NCBI GenBank assembly: GCA_964407055.1
Contig: CAYOUD010000002.1
Location: 1-43,727, forward strand
Source of the DNA: an uncultured Bacteroidales bacterium
GTDB taxonomy: Bacteria > Bacteroidota > Bacteroidia > Bacteroidales > ML635J-15
Reading direction: 5' to 3'
Length of the DNA: 43,727 bases
Part shown: piece after piece, positions 37,998 through 43,727 of the stretch
How positions within the stretch are numbered: the stretch's first letter is position 1
Layout of the letters: every line of letters begins with the position of its first letter
Translations under genes and position numbers: made by a program
The notes under the pieces: generated by a model
The model's database searches: none
What the model was told of the DNA's origin: nothing
Seen by the model: the letters and a program-made list of their open reading frames with translations, nothing else

Positions 37998-39365
37998 CTA
38001 ATTTCCGCCAAACACACCAATTCCATTTAAAAAAACGAGCAAAATTGCAATTGGAGCAAGATATCGGAGGATAAAAATAAATATTTTCAGTAATTTCATT
38101 TTAATTGTGCCCTGATTAGTAACCTCATCGGCGATAATTTTCGAACCAAGTATCCATCCCAGAAAAATCACAATAAAGACACCACCTAAGGGCAGCAAAA
38201 AATTTGCAGACAACCAGTCTAAATTATCAAAAATTGTTTTCCCAAACAATTTGAATTCACTTAGTTCAGAAAATGAAAGGGTCGCCAAACCACCGAGCAC
38301 AGATATTGCAACGGCGAATAAGATTGTTGCTTTTCTTCGTGTCATTTTCAATTCTTCAATTGCCCAGGCAACGACAACCTCCAGCAGTGAAATTGTTGAT
38401 GTAAGCGCTGCAACTGTCAGTAATAAGAAGAAAAATACCCCGAAGATATATCCGCCCGGCATTTGCTGAAAGATATTCGGCAGAACCTGAAAAACCAAGC
38501 CTGTACCGGCATCAGGTTGTACGCCGAAAGCAAATACGGCAGGGAAAATCATTACTCCGGCGAGGATTGCAATTCCGGTGTCTGCCAATGCAATTTGAAA
38601 CGTTGTGCTCGGTAAGTGATTATCTTTTTGGACATAAGAGCCGTAAGTGATTAATGCACCCATACCGATACTCATAGAAAAGAATGCTTGTCCAAGTGCT
38701 TCGAGCACAACATTACCATTAATTTTAGAGAAATCAGGTTTAAACAAGAACCGAAGTCCTTCGCCTGCTCCATCAAGTGTTACAGATCTCACACACATAA
38801 TAACAATGAGCAAGACCAGCATTGGCATAAGCAATTTTGTGTATTTTTCAATTCCTTTTTGAACGCCACCAAGAATAACTGCAGCAGTTAAGCCCATAAA
38901 AAGCAATTGCCACAAAAGCGGACGGGCAGTACTGTGTTGAAACGAATCGAACATTCCACTAATTTCAGCGGCATTTTTACCGGAAAATCCGTTACCAATT
39001 GCCTGAATCAGATATTCCAGAGTCCATCCGGCAATCGTAGTGTAAAATGATAGAATAACAAATGCTGAAATAATCCCCATGACACCGACCAACCACCAGA
39101 CAGAGCCGGGAGCCAGTTTTTTGAATGCTCCGAGTGCATTTGACTGTGATCGTCTCCCGATAATAAATTCAGCGAGCATTACAGAAACACCAATTGTTAA
39201 AATAAATCCCAGATAAATTAACAAAAAGGCACCACCGCCATTCTCCCCTACCACATAGGGGAATCTCCAGATATTACCTAAACCAACTGCGGAACCTGCA
39301 GCTGCTGCGACTACACCGAATTTTGAAGTAAACCCGTCACGAGAACTCGGAATATTACCTGTCAT
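37998..39365 (-). CDS. sodium-dependent transporter, SNF (neurotransmitter:sodium symporter) family
   Basis: 455 aa, about 11-12 TM segments. Signature GSAVGLGNIWRFPY near the N-terminus. Confidence 0.9.
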   Translation of the reverse strand: MTGNIPSSRDGFTSKFGVVAAAAGSAVGLGNIWRFPYVVGENGGGAFLLIYLGFILTIGVSVMLAEFIIGRRSQSNALGAFKKLAPGSVWWLVGVMGIISAFVILSFYTTIAGWTLEYLIQAIGNGFSGKNAAEISGMFDSFQHSTARPLLWQLLFMGLTAAVILGGVQKGIEKYTKLLMPMLVLLIVIMCVRSVTLDGAGEGLRFLFKPDFSKINGNVVLEALGQAFFSMSIGMGALITYGSYVQKDNHLPSTTFQIALADTGIAILAGVMIFPAVFAFGVQPDAGTGLVFQVLPNIFQQMPGGYIFGVFFFLLLTVAALTSTISLLEVVVAWAIEELKMTRRKATILFAVAISVLGGLATLSFSELSEFKLFGKTIFDNLDWLSANFLLPLGGVFIVIFLGWILGSKIIADEVTNQGTIKMKLLKIFIFILRYLAPIAILLVFLNGIGVFGGN

Positions 39366-39545
39366 AGTTTAGTTTAATTTCAAAACAAAAATCAAAGTTA
39401 ATAATTTATCAATGTAAATCAAGGCAACTACTTTATGACAAAGCTAATAAAGCAATGTACAGCGAAATTTATTCAATACGAAAACTTCATATTTCCCTGA
39501 ATAACAAGACTTTTTAAAAGTCCTTTGTTATGAAATAATGTCACC

Positions 39546-39570
39546 AAAAAGAGCCGTTTTTTTACGGCTC
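39546..39570 (-). terminator. rho-independent terminator after fbaA
   Basis: Minus strand reads GAGCCGT-AAAAAAA-ACGGCTC followed by TTTTT. 7-bp stem at 39551-39557 / 39564-39570, 23 nt past the fbaA stop. Confidence 0.8.
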
Positions 39571-39593
39571 TCAATTTTTTAAGTTTTAAAAGG

Positions 39594-40673
39594 CTAATAT
39601 TGATTAATGCAATTCAAATCATCAAAAGCCAATTTGACTCGCTCTTTCATTGAGTCTTCAGCGGCTCTCAACCATTTTCGCGGATCATAATATTTTTTAT
39701 TGGGTTTATCTTCTCCATCCGGATTCCCAATTTGCCCTTGCAGATATGCTTCATTCGCCAAATAATATTCACGAACGCCATTCCAGAAAGCCCACTGGGT
39801 ATCTGTATCAATATTCATTTTGATAACTCCGTACGTTATTGCTTCACGAATTTGCTCCTGAGATGAACCGGATCCTCCGTGGAAAACAAAATTAATCGGA
39901 TTTTCGGCAGTATTAAATTTTTTCTGAATATACTCCTGTGAATTTTTTAGAATAATCGGTTCTAAACGCACATTTCCGGGTTTATAAACACCGTGTACAT
40001 TTCCGAATGAGGCTGCAATTGTAAATTTATCGCTAATCTGATGCAACTCATTGTATGCATAAGCAACATCTTCAGGTTGTGTGTACAGCTTGGTATTTTC
40101 AATATCCTCATTATCAACACCATCTTCTTCGCCACCGGTAACTCCAAGTTCAATTTCAAGAGTCATCCCGATTTTATCCATGCGATTTAGATATTTTTTG
40201 CAGGTTTGCACATTTTCTTCAAGCTCTTCAGCGGAAAGGTCAATCATGTGAGATGAAAACAATGGTTTTCCGTAGGCTTCGAAAAACTCCTCACCGGCAT
40301 CAAGCATACCATCAATCCATGGCAACAATTTTTTCGCTGCATGGTCGGTATGCAAAATCACAGGCACCTCATACAACTCTGCCAAATGGTGAATATGTTG
40401 AGCTGCTGAAACGGAGCCTGCAACAGAACCCATTTGATTCTCATTGGACAAGCCCATTCCTGCAAAAAAATGAGCTCCACCATTGGATAATTGAATAATT
40501 ACTGGAGAATTAACTTCTTTTGCAGCTTCTAGCACTGCGTTTGCTGAATCAGTTCCGACAATGTTAACTGCTGGAATAGCATACTGGTTCTCTCTTGCAT
40601 GCTCAAAGATTTTTTGCACATCATCACCGGTTGCCACTCCGGCTTGAATTGTATTTGAAAGTTTTACAGACAT
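39594..40673 (-). CDS. fbaA: class II fructose-bisphosphate aldolase
   Basis: 359 aa. Motifs AIPAVNIVGTDS, VILHTDHA, FSSHMIDLS, GNVHGVYKPGNV, FVFHGGSGS and IKMNIDTDTQWA. Confidence 0.95.
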   Translation of the reverse strand: MSVKLSNTIQAGVATGDDVQKIFEHARENQYAIPAVNIVGTDSANAVLEAAKEVNSPVIIQLSNGGAHFFAGMGLSNENQMGSVAGSVSAAQHIHHLAELYEVPVILHTDHAAKKLLPWIDGMLDAGEEFFEAYGKPLFSSHMIDLSAEELEENVQTCKKYLNRMDKIGMTLEIELGVTGGEEDGVDNEDIENTKLYTQPEDVAYAYNELHQISDKFTIAASFGNVHGVYKPGNVRLEPIILKNSQEYIQKKFNTAENPINFVFHGGSGSSQEQIREAITYGVIKMNIDTDTQWAFWNGVREYYLANEAYLQGQIGNPDGEDKPNKKYYDPRKWLRAAEDSMKERVKLAFDDLNCINQY

Positions 40674-40695
40674 TATATAAATGTTTTGATTTTTT

Positions 40696-40703
40696 CAAAA
40701 TTA
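40696..40703 (-). promoter_or_regulatory. candidate -7 promoter box for fbaA
   Basis: Minus strand TAATTTTG matches TAnnTTTG, 22 nt upstream of the fbaA ATG. No clean TTTG at the -33 position. Confidence 0.35.
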
Positions 40704-40778
40704 CATAATTTATGTGTGACTTAAAAAAAACTTTTGGCGGGAAATTTGCAAAAAGCTTCTGTATGTCAAATTTTCAAA

Positions 40779-40842
40779 CCCCGGGTTACGCTCGGCCCTC
40801 GCTTCCCCGGGCTATTAAAATTAGACCCTTTTAGGGTCTTTT
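40779..40842. repeat. GC-rich double-hairpin element in an AT-rich intergenic region
   Basis: Hairpin 1: CCCGGG at 40780-40785 can pair with CCCGGG at 40806-40811, closing a GC-rich loop (TTACGCTCGGCCCTCGCTTC). Hairpin 2: AGACCCT (40823-40829), TTT loop, AGGGTCT (40833-40839), followed by TTT on the plus strand and AATTTTA on the minus strand. It may be the terminator of the upstream minus-strand operon, a dispersed repeat, or both. Confidence 0.5.
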
Positions 40843-41085
40843 AACTGGTATGAAAACTCTAATTTCCCAAGTTAATCGCATGAATAATACGGGTTAGAAC
40901 CCTGATAAGCGATGCAATGCGATGTGTTGAGCTCAGTCGAAATGAGCATTTTGTCAAACTGGATTCAACAGAAATCATTTCAATTTATGAATTTCCAAGA
41001 ATTAAAACAAAATTTGGGTCATGTAATGCACAAAACAGGAAAAATCGAATTACAAGAACTAACTATCTATTAGAAGTCTCCTTAG

Positions 41086-42141
41086 TTAATCCGCCAGCTT
41101 TTCGTTTTTAAAGAAATCAATATAAACTGGTAAATGATCTGAAAAGCCTCCATGATGCCTGTACCCGATATAGGTTCGATTCGGGATTTTTCCGGTGTAT
41201 TTCTCATCATCTTCATACAAGAAATCTTCCATAAAAACGGAAGCATGATTTAAAGATGTCTGTAATGTCTGAGATTTATTCAAAAAGTTTCCTGAGACAA
41301 TTAGCTGATCAAGCACGCCCCACTCTCCATGGTATTTATGTGAGCCTTGTTTTTTACTAAATTGTAGATAATAAGACAAATTATATAATAATTCATTTCG
41401 AGCTTTATCATAATTTTCTGTTTTTGCACGCAAATTTTCAGTTAAGGATTTATTGTCTGGATAATCATTCAAATCACCGGAAATTAAAATGTTTGGATTC
41501 TTATCGGCATAAAAAACCGAATCCACGTGTTTTCGTAAAACCGATGCAGCACGCATGCGTTTTTCTTCTGTCTCTAACTGTCCGCCCCATCGTGAAGGCC
41601 AATGATTTACATACACATGAATTGTATCAACAGAATAAACAACGCCTTTCACGTATAAAATATCCCGCGTTGACCGCTGGTTTCCCGGAAAACGAACTGG
41701 AATTTTCGCTTGAATTAACGGCTCAAATGCACTTTCACGATATAACAGTCCCACATCAATTCCACGGGAATCAGGCGATTCGAAATGAATGATTTTATAA
41801 CCGGCATTGTATAATGGAGTTCGTGAAATCAAATCTTCCAGCACTTTACGGTTCTCAATTTCACACAATCCAATAATTTCAGGCGATTTCCATCCTCCAA
41901 CTGCAGTAATAACCTGATAGATTTTAAAGAGTTTGTCTTTATAGCGATACTTATTCCAGAATTTGCCTTCGTTGGGGAGAAACTCCTGATCATTTTTCTC
42001 AGTATCGTCTTCTGTATCAAACAAATTTTCAACATTGTAAAACATGTAACGAAAACTGCGTTCCGGGCTTTCATTTTCTGACTGAGCAGCAGCTTGGAGC
42101 GCAAGACTTGTCAGGAGTATAAAAATTAAATGTCGCATCAT
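41086..42141 (-). CDS. secreted endonuclease/exonuclease/phosphatase (EEP) family protein
   Basis: 351 aa. Signal peptide MMRHLIFILLTSLALQAAAQ. Motifs FYNVENLFD, GLCEIEN, HVYVNHWPSRWGG, ISGDLND and C-terminal GFSDHLPVYIDF. Confidence 0.8.
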   Translation of the reverse strand: MMRHLIFILLTSLALQAAAQSENESPERSFRYMFYNVENLFDTEDDTEKNDQEFLPNEGKFWNKYRYKDKLFKIYQVITAVGGWKSPEIIGLCEIENRKVLEDLISRTPLYNAGYKIIHFESPDSRGIDVGLLYRESAFEPLIQAKIPVRFPGNQRSTRDILYVKGVVYSVDTIHVYVNHWPSRWGGQLETEEKRMRAASVLRKHVDSVFYADKNPNILISGDLNDYPDNKSLTENLRAKTENYDKARNELLYNLSYYLQFSKKQGSHKYHGEWGVLDQLIVSGNFLNKSQTLQTSLNHASVFMEDFLYEDDEKYTGKIPNRTYIGYRHHGGFSDHLPVYIDFFKNEKLAD

Positions 42142-42153
42142 AATTTCATTGTC

Positions 42154-43593
42154 TTAATCAATTCGTTCAAAAGCGCCCAAATCTGGTCCTTCATCGGTTA
42201 AACGATTATTTCCGTCAAAATCCACCGGAACTTGTTGCCCGAGTTCAATTCTCCCCGCATTAATGGCAGGAGAGAGAGAATCCAACCGGAAATCGTATGT
42301 ATCATATGGATCAATAAATTGGGGATCCTGATTATTTATCACATTTGTAAACCGCTCATTTTCTGTGTTTTCACCAGTTTTTACCAAACAATGGTCAAAA
42401 AGGTAATTCCCATAATTCAAATTCACATCGAGCATTAGTTCTTCGGACAAGTTACCATAAATGATGCAATTTCCAAAATACGCATCGAATGCCCTAACAT
42501 CATAAACATCAATCTCCTGATTATTAGCATAAGTGAAATAATTATTCAATGCCAAGGAACTACTTTGCCGACTTCCGGAATAGTAATTTGCAAAGGTACA
42601 ATGTTTGAAATCATATAATCCGCCATAAAGCAAGGCTGCAGTATATTGTCCACAATCTGAAAAGACAGAATTCTCTGCTATAATATGCGCTCCGGCTCCA
42701 TACAATCCGGCAACATTCATATGCTGCACGATGACATTATCAAGCGTAAGCGTTGGAACACCAGCAGTTACGACAGAATCAGCACGTATCCCAACAATAG
42801 CATTTTTCACTTCTGCATAGCGCATTTCATTGTATTTACTACCAGTAAAAAAATGAATTCCGCCGAGCAGATAAATTCCGCCTCCCTCCATTGTAATCCA
42901 TGCTCCCCATTGTCCGGAAATATCGTTATAGGCAGATTCCAGACGGTCTCCCTGAAATACCACCATATTATCCATTTCTCCCTGTACTTTCAGAGTCCCA
43001 TTAACCAATAAACTTGACCCGTAATGAAAATGTATTTGTGTTCCGGCAGCTATTTGCAAGCTAACGTCCTCCTCCACCAGCACTGAATTGTAAACCAGAA
43101 TTGGTTTTTCAGGTGTCCATGTTGTATCATTGGAAATATAAGCCCCATTGACTAAGAATACATTTTGTCCAAATGCCACCAAATCAACATCCTGAGCATT
43201 TCCATTTGATACAAAAACAATGGAATCCTGCTCAACCATTTCATTTTTTAAAGGATCAATTGTGACCTCAACAAAAATAAACAAGGAATCTTCTGGAGCA
43301 ATCTCAACATCTGACACCCTAACTCCTGGTCGCCCGTCAATATTTAGCCGAAATACCGAAGCATCACCTTTTGCTAATGCGATCTCATCAATTTTCATGG
43401 CTTTGCTGTGTGGATTAATGACGGTCAGATATTTTGTTGTTGAACCAATGTTTGTAAAAATGGTATCAAACTGAACGGTATCAGTAGAAAAAGCAAGTTT
43501 GTCAGACGGACTGCTTGTATAGGGATTTCTCTCGCAGGAGGATATTACGGCAAGTATGCTAATAAAAAACGATATGACAACAACGATTCGCAT
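42154..43593 (-). CDS. lipoprotein with right-handed parallel beta-helix-like repeats
   Basis: 479 aa. Lipobox ILAVISSC. N-terminal Ig-like segment, then a repetitive G/N/V-rich beta-helix-like middle. C-terminal DFDGNNRLTDEGPDLGAFE is typical of beta-helix / choice-of-anchor-Q type proteins. Confidence 0.65.
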   Translation of the reverse strand: MRIVVVISFFISILAVISSCERNPYTSSPSDKLAFSTDTVQFDTIFTNIGSTTKYLTVINPHSKAMKIDEIALAKGDASVFRLNIDGRPGVRVSDVEIAPEDSLFIFVEVTIDPLKNEMVEQDSIVFVSNGNAQDVDLVAFGQNVFLVNGAYISNDTTWTPEKPILVYNSVLVEEDVSLQIAAGTQIHFHYGSSLLVNGTLKVQGEMDNMVVFQGDRLESAYNDISGQWGAWITMEGGGIYLLGGIHFFTGSKYNEMRYAEVKNAIVGIRADSVVTAGVPTLTLDNVIVQHMNVAGLYGAGAHIIAENSVFSDCGQYTAALLYGGLYDFKHCTFANYYSGSRQSSSLALNNYFTYANNQEIDVYDVRAFDAYFGNCIIYGNLSEELMLDVNLNYGNYLFDHCLVKTGENTENERFTNVINNQDPQFIDPYDTYDFRLDSLSPAINAGRIELGQQVPVDFDGNNRLTDEGPDLGAFERID

Positions 43594-43688
43594 GGGACAA
43601 AGATAAAAGACTATTTTGCAATTTAATCATTTAAAATTTGATAAATAAACGTCGTGTGGATGCACTTATTGTTTATGAGCTACGGAGG

Positions 43689-43727
43689 ATTGTTGATTGT
43701 TGATTGTTGATTGCTGATTGCTGATTG
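43689..43727. repeat. heptanucleotide tandem repeat, truncated by the window end
   Basis: Plus strand reads GATTGTT x3, GATTGCT x2, then a partial unit running into the window edge. The minus-strand unit is CAATCAA / CAATCAG. Confidence 0.9.

Noticed and set aside
39501-39531. An imperfect inverted repeat ATAACAAGAC...GTCCTTTGTTAT upstream of the SNF transporter.
   Set aside because: The stem is bulged and lacks a clear T-tract. It could be a weak second terminator or an operator, but support is too thin to call it a feature.
40917-41111. A 64-aa plus-strand ORF in the fbaA upstream spacer.
   Set aside because: It overlaps the 3' end of the EEP gene in antisense and has no motif or promoter box. 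It is probably spurious.

Overview
This window looks like a chromosomal core region of a Bacteroidota genome. It is AT-rich, has TTTG / TAnnTTTG type promoter boxes and tandem OmpH/Skp genes, and carries a DUF3467-like gene after rpoC. Almost all genes are on the minus strand and tightly packed, often with overlapping stop and start codons.

Left third (608-14675, minus): an envelope and cofactor supercluster. In transcription order it reads CBS-domain protein, Omp85-like barrel, nadK, two paralogous beta-barrel proteins, uppS, bamA, two skp/ompH, murI, an orphan LytTR response regulator, a class-III aminotransferase, a secreted unknown, a membrane-anchored receiver-only protein and a YiiX-like hydrolase. 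It is divergent from pdxJ, an alpha/beta hydrolase, fumC and asnB on the plus strand (14872-19848).

Middle (20694-35391, minus): rpsU, a tyrosine recombinase, hpf, tRNA-Thr/Tyr/Gly/Thr, tuf, tRNA-Trp, secE, nusG, rplK, rplA, rplJ, rplL, rpoB, rpoC and a DUF3467-like gene.

Right (35463-43593, minus): a membrane-anchored protein with four helix-hairpin-helix modules, two Na+-coupled amino-acid symporters, fbaA, a secreted EEP-family enzyme and a beta-helix lipoprotein.

I found no CRISPR array, IS or transposase, prophage, or recognisable defence or toxin module, and no convincing multi-gene novel system. The best leads are modest:
- an ORF-poor structured gap at 178-607
- a GC-rich double hairpin in the 412-bp fbaA upstream region
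- a heptanucleotide tandem repeat cut by the right window edge
- a catalytically intact tyrosine recombinase overlapping hpf by ATGA inside a translation-factor operon
- a four-module ComEA-like membrane protein overlapping a transporter gene
- a tail-anchored receiver-only protein

All family assignments come from motif recognition by eye. No searches were run.
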